Source: Camelus ferus (Eukaryota). From it: 64,000 nucleotides of DNA. A program made the position numbers and the translations under genes. Below are positions 41,059 through 53,159 of this stretch, piece after piece. Location of the stretch: contig NC_045696.1 of the NCBI RefSeq assembly GCF_009834535.1, positions 40,302,001 through 40,366,000 of the forward strand. The letters run 5' to 3'. The stretch's first letter is position 1; each line of letters begins with the position of its first letter. The notes beneath the pieces are model-generated. The model was not told where the DNA came from. It made no database searches and saw only the letters and a program-made list of their open reading frames with translations.

Positions 41059-43311
41059 TGTGAGAGGTCACACTTCTGGAGAGCAGCATGTTTCTCACCA
41101 CTTCCTACTGTAGGAGAGAAGTCCTTAAATCTCACCTTCCCCATTTACTAGCCTTAACTTCCAACCCACCAAAGACAGAATCAGGAGGAATACTCTTAAT
41201 TCTGCCACATCCATTGAACTGCCTTTTCTCTATTTTTCCCTCAGCTTTACCAAATCCTTGAGAGAAAATATGACTTTTTTAATGTCCTTAAACCAGCTGA
41301 TGATGAAGTCTGAGAGGCCGAGACTTAGACACACTGTCACTACCAAGCCACCCTGCTGAGGCATCCTCAGGGTTATGTGCACGTGTGTGAGCACACTCCT
41401 AGCACTATGTGAATGGAGCATCTGGACTCCCACTTGTTTACTTGAGGAAAGTTCCATGTCTGCAGCATGTGGGTTTTCTGGCTTACACTTAGAAAGTTCT
41501 AGTATATTCCCAGGTGTAGTTTTCCTCACTCTTTTCCCCATAGCTTCATGATTTTGCATTGGCTTCCTAAGTTCAAAAGGAACTTGTTGAAAAGAAGAGA
41601 GGCAAAACAAGAGGAATATTCAGACAACAGTACAAGTCTCTTTTCCTCCCTAAGGACCAGTGGACAAGCTCACTGGAGAGCATCTAAAACCATAGCCAGG
41701 AACTGGCTGAGGGTACTGGGAAATGAAGCTCATTTTTAGTTTAGTCTGTTAAGCAAAATATCAGCCTTGAGTTCATTTGGTTTCAATTTACTTTTCACAA
41801 AACACATATATAGCGAAAGACCTTGTACTTGTATTTTCCTTGCTGCTTGCAAATTTCACCCCCTTTAAACATAAAAGGAGAAAAATAATGGTGCTGACCA
41901 GAGCCAAACATAATATGGGTGGACACAGTACAAACTTTCCCTTAGAAAGCTTTACCCTTAGACTTCATGAGCGAGATTTCTCTTAAACAGAAAAAGACAA
42001 GCATATCCTTTGGCAGTAGAATGTTTCGCTGTCAGTACAATTCAACACATACCCTAGAAGATCTTCATTCTCCTTAACTTTTGGGAACCCTACCCTCTAT
42101 AGTACAGAACAGGAAATTAGACACACTGAGGAAGCAGAAGTGATACAGATTGTCCTCTCAATGTTGCCCTCTTTAAGTAGAAGTTTAAGCATTATTCTTC
42201 AATTGCCCAGATCCTTTCTTATTCCACTTCCGAATCCCATGACACCATAAACAATAACATCTACAAAAACATACGCACACCCCACCCTCCCTCCCTTAAA
42301 ATAAAAACTCAGCTATCAACTTACACCTAATTATGGAACTCTAGAAATCATTTATGTTAGATCTGAAAGACTGTGAGCGATCATAGCTCATGCATGTGTG
42401 CCTAAGGCCCTTTGCAGTGAAATACTAATATTTCTTAATTTCAGGCAGGGCCAAGACTTCTAACTCACAACCTTATGCTCTTTTCACTGCACCAGTTTTA
42501 CATGAAAGAATGAAAGCATTAAATGGAAAGCACTGTTGTGTTACTGGGGTCCATTACTGGCCTCTGGCCTCTCATACGTTTGTTGTTCAGAAGGAGTGAA
42601 ACGGAAGTGAAGGATGAGGTGGTCTAAGCCACTTCTTATGCATGGGCCAAAGAAGTCTCCACACAATGTCATTTCAAGCATGATGGAAAGACTTTCTCTG
42701 TCTACCTCCCCAATCTTACCACACACCAACAGCTTCCATCATCAGGGATTCTGAGCATCAGGTTAAGCACCATTCTACCCCTAGTATTCTAGCTTAAAAT
42801 TCAAACACTCTGAGAGAGATGATACTTTTTTCTTGGTGAGTCTAGCTAAAGGTTTGTCAATCTTGTTTATGTTTTCAAAGAACTAGCTCTTAGTTTTATT
42901 GATCAGTTCTATTGTCTTTTTAGTCTCTATTTTTTTTTTGTTTCTGCTGTAATGTTTGTTATTTCCTTCCTCTTAGATTTAATGTGTGTTATTTCCCCCC
43001 TCCTACTAACTTTGAGCTTCATTTGTTTTTATTTTTCTAGCTCCTTGAAGCATAAAGTTAGGTTATCTATTTAAGACTATTTTTGTTTCTTGAAATAGGC
43101 ATTTACTGCTATGAACTTCCCTCTTATAACTACTTTTTCTGAATCCCATAACTTTTGGCATGTTACATTTCTATTTTTGTTTGACTCAAGGAATTTTTTG
43201 ATTTCTCATTTGAATTCTTCTTTGACCCATTAGTTGTTCAGTAACATGTTGGTAATCTCTACATATTTATGAATTTTCTAGTATTTTTCATGTAATTAAT
43301 TTCTAGTTTCA

Positions 43312-43426
43312 ACATAGCCAATATTTTATAACTGTAAATAGAGTATAACCTTTAAAAATTGTGTTAAAAAAGAGATGAAGTGATTAAAGGATAATTAAAT
43401 TTTAAAATAAATAAATCTTTAAAATG
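43312..43426 (+). mobile_element. Short L1 3'-UTR-derived insertion nested in the large L1
   Basis: 'atagccaatattttataactgtaaatagagtataacctttaaaaattgtg' plus AT-rich tail. Perfect 10-bp TSD tctagtttca (43302-43311 / 43427-43436). Confidence 0.8.
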
Positions 43427-44130
43427 TCTAGTTTCACACCATTGTTACTGGAAAAGATTACTGATATAATTTCAATCATCTTGAATGTATTAAGATTTGT
43501 TTTGTGGCCTAACATGTGATCTATCTTGGAAAATGTTTCCTGTGCCCTTAAGTATATGTATTCTGTTGCTTTCGGTTGGAATGTTCTGTAAATATCTGTT
43601 AAGTCCATCTGTCTAACCTGTTGTTTAAGGTAAATGTTTCCTTATTGATTTTCTGCCTGGATGATCTATCCAGGGATGTAAGTGGAGTATTAAAGTCCCC
43701 TACTATTATTGTATTGGTATCTAATTCTCCAATTAAAGTTGTTAATATTTACTTTTTATATTTATGTTGGGTGTGTAAATTTTTACAAATGTTATATCTT
43801 CTTGTCGGATTGACCCCTTTATCACTATATAATATCCTTCTTTATCTCTTATTACTAGCTTTGTTTTAAAGTCTTTTTGTCTAATATAATTATGGCTACT
43901 TCAGCTTTCTTTGTTTCCATTTGCATGGGATATCTTTTCCATGCTTTCACTTTCAGTCTGTGTGTCCTTACATCTAAAATGAGTCTCTTATAGGCAGTGT
44001 ATAGGTGTCATTTTCTTATTCATTCAGTCACTCTATGTCTTTTGATTAAAGACTTTAGTTTATTTACATTTAAAGTAATTATTGATAGGTGTGTGCTGAT
44101 TGCCATTTTGTTCATTGTTTTCTAGCTGTT
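43427..44130 (-). pseudogene. L1 ORF2 APE-like endonuclease domain remnant (disrupted)
   Basis: ORF 43402..43608 reads MDLTDIYRTFQPKATEY...TFSKIDHMLGHK...IFSSNNGVKL, matching the L1 EN motifs DLTDIYRT, SRIDH and SDH (here SSN). Confidence 0.88.
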
Positions 44131-44426
44131 TTGTAGTTCCTCTCTGTTTCTTCTTCTCATGCTGTCTTCCTTTGTGGTTTGATGACTTTCTTTAGTGGTA
44201 TGCTTATATTCCTTTCTCTTTAGCCTTTGTGTATTTATTACATGTTTTTGCTTTGTGGTTATTATGAGGCTTATATGTAACAACATATCATATAGCAATC
44301 TATTTTAAGTTGATAACTTAAGTTTTATCCTACTTTAAAGTTCAATATTTTTATTCTCCTCCACCCCATATTTCATGTTTTTGATGTCACACTTTACATT
44401 TTTTAATCTTGTGTATCCCATAATTT

Positions 44427-44935
44427 CAGACATACCTCAAAGATATTGTAGTCAGTTCCAGACCAACACAATAAAGTGAATATCACAATAAACTGAGTTA
44501 CACAAATTTTCTGGTTTCCCAGTGTATATAAAAGTTATGTTTACACTATGTTATAGTCCATAGTGTGCAATAGTATTGTCTTTAAAACATAATGTACATA
44601 TCTTACTTTAAAAATACTGTTGCTAAAAAATGCTAACCATCATCTAAAACTTCAGCAAGCTGTAATCTTTTTGCAACAGTAACAACAAAGCTCACTGATC
44701 AAAGATCACATTGTCAAATAATAAGAATGAAAAACTTTAAAATATTGTGAGAATCACCAAGATGTGAGAGAGACATGAAGCGAACAAACGCTGTTGGAAA
44801 ATGGTGCCAACAGACTTGCTCAACATAGGGTTGCCACAAACTTTCAATTTGTTAAAAAAAAAAAAAAGAAAGAAAGAAAAAGGCAGTATCTGTGAAGCAC
44901 AATAGTGTAAAACACAATAAAATAAGGTATGCCTT
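44427..44935 (-). mobile_element. Internally deleted Tigger1 derivative (Tigger1a_Art-like)
   Basis: TIRs cagacatacctc / aaggtatgcctt followed by TA. Both Tigger1 ends are joined with no transposase. Confidence 0.88.
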
Positions 44936-45049
44936 TATTACAATCATAGTCATTTTTACTATGATTATATTAGCTTTTATAAGTAATTAATTCAGTGCCT
45001 TTACTATATATTTACTTTTCCAGTGAGATTTATTCTTTCATATGTTCTT

Positions 45050-45905
45050 GTTACTAATTAGCACCCTTTGTTTTCAGCTTGAGGAGTCCCTTTAATAGTT
45101 TTTGTAAGGCCAGTTTAGTGGTGATGAACTCCTTTAGCTTTTGCTTATCTGGAAAACTCTTTATTGCTCCTTCAATTCTGAATAACTTTTCCAGGTAAAG
45201 TATTCTTGATTTTAAGGGTTTTTTGCTTTTTTTTTTTTAAAGCACTTCGAATATATCATGCCATTACCTTCAGGTCTGCAAATTTTGTGCTGAAAAATCT
45301 GTTGATAGCCTTTTGGGGGTTCCCTTGTATATAAAAATTGTGTTTCTCTTGCTGCTTTTAATATTCTCTCCTTGTCTTTAACTGTTGATATTTTAATTAT
45401 AATGTGTATTGTTGTGGGTCTCTTTGGGCTCATTTTATTTGGAACTCTCTGGGCTTCCTGGATCTGGACGTCTGTTTCCTTCCCCAAGTTAAGGAAGAAA
45501 ATCATTCAAGAAAGGAGAAAATTCAGCCATTACTTTTTCAAGTAAGATTTCTGCCCCCTTTTCTCTTCTCTTTCTAGGAACACTTTAATGCAAATGTGTT
45601 CTGTTTATTGTTGCCCCATAAGCCCTGAACCTATCTTCACCTTTTTTTCTTTCTTTCTTTCTTCTTTTTTTTTGCTGCTCCGATAGGTTGAGTTCCACTG
45701 CCTTGTGCTTGAGCTGACTGACCCTTTCTTCTGCTTCATCTAGTTTGCTGTTGTACACCTTTAGTGTATTTTTCAGTTCATTTATTGTATTCTTCAGCTC
45801 TGTGAGTTTTGTTTGGTACTTTCTTATATTTTCCATCTCTTTGTTGAAGTTCTCACTGTCTTCATTGATTCTTTTCCCCAATTTGGTGAGAATCTTTATG
45901 ATCAT
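45050..45905 (-). pseudogene. L1 ORF1p remnant (coiled coil and RRM), frameshifted
   Basis: ORFs 45585..45905 (TELKNTINELKNTL...LDEAEERVSQL) and 45212..45505 (IQEAQRVPNK...HIIIK...KERILKAARE). Confidence 0.88.
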
Positions 45906-46319
45906 TACTTGTGACTCTATCAGGTAGATTACTTATCTCTATTTCATTAAGTTTTTTTCCAAGGTTTTATCTTGTTCTTCCATTTGGAATATATTCCTCT
46001 ATTCCTTCATTTTGCTTGACTCTGTACTGGTTTCTCTCCAGTAGATGAAACAAGCGCCTTTCCCAGTCTTGAAAGAGTGGCCTCGTACAGAAGATGAGTT
46101 ATTTTTTTCAACTCTGCCCCAGTTCCTGGTCATCTTTCAAATATCCGTGCTTGTCAAGCAGCCTAATATATTTTTTAAAAAATAGCTCCCAGTAGCTGAA
46201 AATGTGCCAAGATCTTTTGGTTTCTCAAAGGGGAAGATCTCAACATCTAGATTCAGGCTGACAGGAAGGAAGTCAGACCCTCAGGCTGCTGCTTTTAAAA
46301 ATATACTAATATATACTGT

Positions 46320-47345
46320 CCTGAGAGGCCACAAGCATAAGCCCTGCTGGCCACTGGAGCCATGCGATCTGGAGGTGTCCCCTGGGCTGCAATCACAAAA
46401 ATCACACTCCAGGTGAGTGTATAGGCTCCTTTCTGGGAGATACCGGTGAGCTGGAGCAAGGAAGGGGGAGAGTGCCAACATGGCATCCACAACCTTCCTT
46501 CCTTGAGAGCAGCTCCATAGGCCCACTAAATATGTGACCAACCCAAAGCCTGCCCCTCAGGCTGAAGCTCCAGGACAAGAAAAGTGGCATCTTTCACAGA
46601 GAGATTGAAAAGTGCGCCTCAGTCTGCTGTCTGAGCTGTGCCTTGGGGGTTCCAGCCCACCAAGAATTGTTCCTTCAATTGCCACAATCCCTTGGGACCC
46701 TGGAATTCGAGTTCTCCCAACTACCAGAGTCAGGTGATCAAGGAGTGTCCCCTGGGTGTCAGCTGCAAAAATCAGGGGCCAGACACATGTAAATCTCCCC
46801 TTCAGGGGACACTGGCACTCTGGAGCACAGCAAACAGTGAGAGTGACGATAGCACCCATCCTCCAAGATCTCTGGAAAGCATTACAGTCAGCCCCTAGAT
46901 GCATGTTTAACTAGAAGCCTGCATCTCTAGCCACAGTCGTGAAAATTAGCTGACAGAGCTCCTTCACAGAAAGAGTTCCTACGTGTGGTACCTCTTGCTG
47001 TGCCCTGAGAGTGGTAGCTATTTAAGATCTCTTTCTCCACTGGTTACAATCCTGTGGGACCCACTGGCCACCAGAGTCAGGTGATGTAAAGGTGTCACTG
47101 GCAGCAGTCACAAAACTCAGGGTGCGAGATAGGGGTATGAGCTCTTTTCTGGGTAATACCAATTATTATGATCCCATGTGACCAGGAACACAAGCTCTCC
47201 TGACCTCCAGAGCTGAGAAATCAGGAGAAACCCCTTGGGCTGCAGCACAAGAATTGGGGCACCAGACATATGTAAAGGCTCCCTTCTGGGAGATACTGAT
47301 GCTCTGGAGCATGGCAAAAGGAGAGTGTGAAAATGGCATCTGCCC
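46320..47345 (-). repeat. Four diverged tandem modules in the L1 5' UTR
   Basis: Recurring 'ccagagtcaggtgat..gtgtcccctggg..cagc..caaaa..ggctcctttctgggagatac..ctggagca' at ~46345, ~46720, ~47065 and ~47205. Confidence 0.75.
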
Positions 47346-47931
47346 ATCTCTGTCCACAGAAAGTGTTTTAGCAGGCTCCTAGAAATGTGAGTTTTCATAT
47401 AGCAGATGAGTTTTCTTTACTTTAAGTCTGGGCATGATCAGCTACTTCTGAGCTGGGCCCTGGGGTAGGTGAGTCAGAGTGTACTGGCCCTTTAAGAGCT
47501 ATCTTACAGATCACTACTACCATCCTGTGGGTCTCAGGATGCAAGCCCTGTTTTTTTTGTTTTTTTTTTTTTAATTAGATGGTTTGGGGGATCATCTCTC
47601 AAGTACCTGTCTTAAACACTGGGGTGCCTGTCGTGGGATCTGAACCCTTCACTCCTCAGGGAGAAGCTCTGGGTTTTGAGTTTCCTCCCAACTGTGGGTC
47701 ACTGTGCCAGGGTTGGCGTTTATGGAAAGGTAGGTCCCAATCTCTCCTATCTGCTTTGATGTGGTTTTCTTCTCATTTGCCCAACATGTAGTTGTCACTC
47801 AGCAAGTCTTTAGATTTTTTTCAGAGGAAACTGTTCTATATGTAGTTGTAGACTCAGTATGTCTTAGGAGGAGGTAAGTTCAGGGTCTTTCTATAGCACC
47901 ATCTTGAATTAGAACCTGGAGTTACTTTTTT

Positions 47932-48350
47932 ATAGATGTGGTCAAGGAAGGTCCCAGTGTAAAGGTCACATTCAAGCAAAGACCCAAAGGAAACAAACGA
48001 GTGAGCTGTGAAGATTTCTAGGGAAGAGCGTTTCAAGCAAAGGGAACAGCAGGTGCAAATGTCCTAAACAGGGAGTATCTTTGGTTTGTTTCAAGAACAG
48101 CAAGAAAGCCAGTGGGACCAGAGTTTAGTAAGCAAGAGAAAGAATGGTAGAAGCTAAAGCCAGAGGGCTCCATGCAGATCCTTGTAAACCACCATCAGGA
48201 CCCTTGTTTTTCACAGTAACAGAGATGGGGATTCTATGAAAGTGTTGAGTAGAAGAGTGATAGAATCTGACTCATGTTTTAAACAAATCACTTTGGCTGC
48301 TATGTTTAGACTAGATTAGATTAGTTTAGATTAGACTTTAAAGAGGCAAA
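47932..48350 (-). mobile_element. L2 fragment
   Basis: 'gtggtcaaggaaggtcc...aaggtcacattcaagcaaagacc...gggaacagcaggtgcaaatgtcct...atcactttggctgctatg'. Confidence 0.85.
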
Positions 48351-51300
48351 GACAGATGCCTGTATTCATTCACTTACGTATCATGAGTTATGAGATTTGT
48401 ACAATTTTCCATTTGCACATGACAAAACTGAGACAGAGAGATCACACAGATGGTAAACAGCAAAACCTGGGTAACAGCCCAGGCAAGCTGGCTCCACAGA
48501 GGTCATGCTTTTAACCTCTACATTCTCACTTCTCAAGAAAGATGTCAAAGGCTGAGGCAAGAAAAATTTATGCAGACATCTTTGGCTGGGGCACTAGGGG
48601 TAGTCCTAACTGGGAGAAGAAGCATCATTTCGCTTCATTCCATTTCAATTATCTCATGGACTGTATTGCACTTTGCAGACAATGAATCAGAGGTACCCAG
48701 CTATGTCAACTTTTTTTTAGAGATGTGTAAGTCAGAAATATAGGAGTTAGTAGTAGAACATAATAGTAACTTTGTAGCAGGTGCCTAGGCTGTCAACTGC
48801 AATACTGGAAGCGGGCCTTGCAGATTTCCTTGCCTGCATAGTGCAGAGTCAAGGGCAACATGGAAAGGACTGAAATTCCCTTTTGTGATCACTTGGTTGA
48901 TATTACTTATCGGTGATTCTCAACCTTCATTCCCAGACATCTTGGGTTTCTCAAATTATTTAAAACCTGTAAAGAAATCCTCCACAAAAATTTTATTATA
49001 ATCAAGTCAATTTTCCTCTAGAATTCTCTTAAAAATTAAACACCCAGATGCCAAAACTTCAAATAGAAAGCTATCACCATTAAATCTTTTCAACACCATC
49101 TCTGAATACAAAGAAACATAATTAAATTCATAGCATAACTCCTACAATATGCCAGAGTTTTAGAACTTTCACAGTTAGAACTTACAATATTAGCTAAGAA
49201 GTCATCTGTTTTACATAATTATGTAAAATGACTACATAAATAATTACGTAAAAATGTAGTGACACATGTATAAGTAATCATGTAATAAACATTATACTTG
49301 AAGCATGGTGGCTTTTCTCTTTCATTTTTTAAGAGATCGTTGAGTCAAACACATGAATCTCACCAAACAACCAAAACCCAGTTTAGCTCAAAGACAATCT
49401 AGAGAGAGCCTTAACACTGAAGGGAAAGGTTAAGAAGTGACTAGATATAGGGTATTCCTACACTTAAAGAATTGAAAACTTGTCAAAGGACAAGGCTTAT
49501 ATATTTTATATTAAAAAGGAGGAAAATGCAGATAGTAGTTAATAACAGCCGCCCCTGCTTCTGAGAGCAATCTTGGGCTCAGCTTCTGGGCAGCTCTGGC
49601 CTGCTTCAGCACTCACTTCCTCCCTCCCTCCCGCCAGTCATATCTCTTTGGCTCTCTCGCTGAGCCCTCCAGATTGTGAACAACCTGGGTCATTTCCCTT
49701 CCTGTTATTACACTTCTGCACTCCCCATTTGAATCTTGTAATGTGCATCCACACACTGCTAGGAGTGTGAAAGGGCTTTCCTCCTCTCAGCCAGCTGGAA
49801 GGTCCCTACACCCATAGAGCAAGAGTTTTAATTGAAAGAAGAAAAACTGAGCCAGGGAACTGAACATGGATCCTATTAAAAGAGTTCAAGTCCAAGGCAA
49901 GGTACTCAGGAGGCAGCTTAGGACAGCACGGAGGTATTAGGCATCTGGGAGTCGGGGAAAGAAGACACTGGAAGGTGGGAGAGTTGCCTAGCCAGGCATG
50001 CAGGAGGGATGCCATCTTTCAGATGTGACAGGCAGGCCTGAACAGATGACAACTTTATCCACATATTACTCTGCCTCTGGCCCCCACAAAACAAGCTAAT
50101 GGTAGAGTTATTTGATTCCAAAACCTGGTTTCCCGTTAGAATCCCGAGGGAGTTCTTGTACTGACTCACTGTGAGAGCATACTTATTCATTTAACAAATT
50201 TATGGAGCCTCTGTTATGAATTAAGTGGGTCTCAGAGGACCAGCCCGGAGCCCGATCTCCATCATTTCTATAGGTAATCTATGTTCTGAGCTCCTGACTA
50301 CTGATTTATGCCATTGGGAACTCTTCCCAGTAATAAAAGGAGGGTTTCTTGTATTCTTTCTCTACTCCAATTTGCATGCTGCCTTCCCCTTAATTTAAGG
50401 ACAGTAAGAAAGTTCAGAAGAAAGGGCTGCACATTGCTTTATTTTATTTATTTCCCTCCCTTTCTTTGTACTTGAATTATTTGCATGCTGGGAAAAGCTC
50501 ATATGATGGCCTTTTTATAAAAGCCCCAAGAGAGATATCTATCACCGTAGTGGTTGAGAAAACTGTAATACAAGGCAAAACACTTGATTTACATAAGAGT
50601 CTGCAAATAAAGAACAAGGTTTATGTTCCAAAAATTGGAAGAAGTCAAATCTCACTTTTTTTTTAAGAAGCAGGAAAAGTTTGTTTTGATTTGGGGGAAT
50701 AAACTCCTGCCCCCAGGTGTGACCCTTTTGGGGTCATAACGAACAAAGTAAAAGATGAATATTTACTTATTCAATTCACCCAATTTTAACATCTTCTACA
50801 ATTAATAGTACTTGTTTTAAAATGTCACTATATTTTTTGTCAGCACACATTATATTTTGTATCTCTTTCTCTTCTATGTTTTCATAAATATCTTAGGCAT
50901 TTTAGGAAAAAGTCCAACTTGTATGGCCCTTAATCACAACTACAGTGACCTGAGTGACAGGTAAATAAATTACTGCTAGGTCAGGAAAAATACGTAGTCT
51001 ACGTACACATTACAGAAAAGCAAAAAGGCAACGTAGTCTTGTCCAACCAATCCCACCCCTCAAATACCACACAGGTTTGTGTTTGCACCTGCCCTCCTCA
51101 GTCCTGGAAAAATACTAAGAGTGTGAACTCTTGACAGTCAGAAAAGATGTTAATTTTCAGTTCAGGTCTTCCATTTTCCTAACATGATCTTATTTGAAAG
51201 AGCAGGGGAAATTTTCTCAGTGAAAAACCAGCTTGGTTTGCAGGGTGGTTTTGTTTCTCTCTCTCTCTCTCTTTTTTTTTTTTCCTTACCTAGAATCCAG

Positions 51301-51735
51301 CAAAGGAGAGGTAGAAATTGAGAGTCATTTTCTAAAACACAAGGTGCTCAATCATACCTGATATGGTCACTCCTCCAAGGAAAACTGGAGAAAAACTGCC
51401 AAACCCTGGTGGAATTCCAGTGTCAGAATTCTAGGGTTAGAACTCCAAAACTCTAAACACATTTTCAGACTGATGGCCTTTAGCTCTTACCAAATGTCCT
51501 TTATATTTGTCCATGATACACAGTTCCAACTCTTTGGCTGGTTGCAACTGGTAAATCTGGAGTTTGTTGGCTGCCTTTTCTATAGAACACAAATTATCTC
51601 AATTCAGTCACCTTAATGTGCATATTTTCATGTCATTTCTAAATAATTAATTCAGACCCAACCTTTACACCTCTGCAATGGCAGGTTTAGTAACTACTTA
51701 AGAAAGGTATATAAACTTCACTGTTTATAATACTG

Positions 51736-51736
<1 letters not shown>

Positions 51737-51782
<46 letters not shown>
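51737..51782. repeat. (TA)23 microsatellite
   Basis: Direct reading. Confidence 0.97.
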
Positions 51783-51786
<4 letters not shown>

Positions 51787-52227
51787 CATAATACTATTTA
51801 TAATAAACACAATAATACTGTGTTTTCGTGGGATCACTGCAAAAGGATATTCTCATATGAAGTATCAAGGAAGAGAGGTAAATTTACAGAAGGGAGCTGC
51901 CAGGATTTGCACCAATCTTGTTGAATGATCAATGCCTTGGATTTATTTACATAATGTGTTTTTTAAATGTTTAGCTTTCCTTTTTCCAAAAGGATTTGGG
52001 TCAGCTTACAATGATGCAGATAATGCAGTAAGACAAGATAGATTAAAAACAAGTAAAAAAGATGACTTACAGAGGAACTAAAGGTAAACAAGTGAAATAG
52101 AGTATAAAGGGTGTACATCAAAGATGCACTGTGACAGGCTAAACAGTTACTAGAGGCAGGCCATGGATGGGGCCCAGATCTTTCTATCAGACAACTGAAA
52201 AGGGAAATGATCAGTCACAAAATTACA

Positions 52228-52230
<3 letters not shown>

Positions 52231-52274
<44 letters not shown>
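52231..52274. repeat. (AC)22 microsatellite
   Basis: Direct reading. Confidence 0.97.
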
Positions 52275-52279
<5 letters not shown>

Positions 52280-52799
52280 TAACCTTGCTGCTCACACCAC
52301 TGCTGACACTGAGGGGTAGAGCTGTGCTGGCCTGAGGACAATAACCAGGTCCTTAAGGCTGGAGATGGCACAAGTCATTAGTTCAATTCCACATCCAATT
52401 GAAGAGCATCTTTCACTTTATATTAGTAGTGAAACTGAAGTGCTTCGAAACTTCAGCAAGCTGAACATTATCCTCCTTATGTCAGCTTATAACCTGTCAT
52501 TCTTCAGGGATGGCAAGTGCATACCCACCTCCCTGAAAGCCTGGCAAGTGTGTTCAGGTTGAGGTCACTGAGCATCCCTTGCTTCTGTTTTATTTTGGAC
52601 CTTATGCATTAGGCAGGGGTGTAGGAAAGTCAGAGGATCTACACGATTCTGCCCAGATCCTACCTAACTTGGGGTATTATTCCCAAAGAGAAACTGGAGA
52701 AAATGCCATCAAGTAAGAAAAATAAAAAATAAATAAAAACACCCAAGTAATTAAATTAAAAGCCTGAGAGCCTACATTCATGTACACATGTTTAATAAA

Positions 52800-53030
52800 A
52801 TAATAGTTAACATTTACTAAGCCCTTCCTAAGTGCAGATACTGCTTCAAGAGCTTTACATTTCATTTATTTAATCCTCCCAACAACCCTGAGGTAGATAC
52901 TGCTGCCTGTTTTGCAGATGTGGAAACTGAGGCACAGATCACAGGTTAGGTGATCTCCCCAAACCACAGAGCCAGTAAGTGGTGCCGGCAGGATTTGAAC
53001 ACTAAGGTTCTCACTCCAGAGCTGCTCTCT
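52800..53030 (-). mobile_element. MIR SINE
   Basis: 'ttaatcctcccaacaaccctgaggtagatact...ttttgcagatgtggaaactgaggcacaga...ggatttgaac'. Confidence 0.88.
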
Positions 53031-53159
53031 AATCTATGAACCCCAGCATCCACCTCACCTCATCCTTCACCATTTCCGACTTCTTTTCTCCTTGGGTTAT
53101 CCTGACTTCCTTTCCCTTTAAGAAAAAAAAATGTTAAGGGAAAACTCTGGAGTGTTATT

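Larger units (their letters stand above)
42832..47920 (-). mobile_element. Large decayed L1: 5' end, long 5' UTR, ORF1 and ORF2 endonuclease region; 3'-truncated
   Basis: L1-type 5' start (minus: ggttctaattcaagatggtgctatag), ORF1 and ORF2 peptides in the ORF track, two nested insertions, and an apparent TSD at 42821-42831 / 47921-47931. Confidence 0.92.

Noticed and set aside
40618..41144. Overlapping ORFs with CVCV/HTHT runs
   Set aside because: Produced by the (CA)19 repeat and a MER5 element.
46320..47345. CRISPR-like or novel repeat-spacer array
   Set aside because: The units are long, diverged and irregularly spaced, lie in an L1 5' UTR, and have no cas genes nearby. The context is eukaryotic.
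50720..50736. Nuclear-receptor everted repeat TGACCC-n5-GGGTCA
   Set aside because: Five-base spacing is not a standard element, and an isolated match is plausible by chance.
51940..52215. Ancient repeat (MamRep605-like)
   Set aside because: Only one short recalled motif (ccaaaaggatttgggtcagcttacaa), too little to call without a profile search.
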